The notes under the pieces were generated by a model, which was not told the origin of the DNA, did no database searches, and worked only from the letters and a program-made list of their open reading frames with translations. The position numbers were made by a program, and so were the translations under genes. This document shows positions 63,840-64,000 of a stretch of DNA of 64,000 bases, piece after piece (the first letter of the stretch is position 1; the number at the start of each line of letters is the position of its first letter). Origin of the DNA: Mobula hypostoma (lineage: Eukaryota); the NCBI RefSeq assembly GCF_963921235.1, contig NC_086113.1:46004001-46068000 (forward strand), in the 5' to 3' direction.

Positions 63840-64000
63840 ACATTAAGGACCCCCACCAGCCAGGTCATGCCCTGTTCTCATTGTTACCGTCAGGAAGCAG
63901 GTACAGGAATCTGAAGGCAACACACTCAATGATTCAGGGACGGCTTCATCTGATTTCTGAGTGGACATTGAATCCAGGAACACTATCTCACTACTTATTT
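63840..64000 (+). mobile_element. Rex1/Babar-like LINE 3' fragment
   Basis: IKDPHQPGHALFSLLPSGSRYRNLKA. Confidence 0.75.

Noticed and set aside
55227-64000. Penultimate GADL1 exon (expected CFWY.PPSLR motif)
   Set aside because: Not found on the minus strand; this stretch appears to be intron.

Overview
Eukaryotic vertebrate genomic DNA. The repeat landscape (many CR1 LINEs, V-/Deu-/CORE-type SINEs, Penelope-derived short repeats) points to a cartilaginous fish, probably a ray (inference). Two convergent genes are present. On + are the last four coding exons of TGFBR2 (12103-12914, 25504-25645, 36875-37002, 42107-42313; splice sites, phases and internal exon sizes match the human gene as I recall it) followed by a roughly 3.7 kb 3'UTR. 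On - is the last coding exon of GADL1 (55053-55226), reproducing the tail-to-tail TGFBR2-GADL1 arrangement of human 3p24. The rest is intron, UTR or intergenic DNA full of decayed, often nested transposons: CR1, L2, Rex1, Tx1, an RTE-derived element, Tc1 DD34E, mariner-like, Tigger/pogo and hAT. No prokaryote-style system or CRISPR array is present, and nearly all short ORFs are spurious or transposon debris. Best leads: (1) minimal hammerhead-ribozyme cores in Penelope-derived repeats, including a TSD-flanked 152 bp insert on the GADL1 sense strand; (2) a 9-aa C-terminal extension of TGFBR2 ending in a class I PDZ motif; (3) an hAT element resembling primate Charlie3/MER1 at the nucleotide level; (4) a double-hairpin templated-insertion scar; (5) conserved miRNA sites. 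Repeat family names and human comparisons come from memory, not from a database search. Repeat boundaries are approximate unless a TSD or TIR is given.
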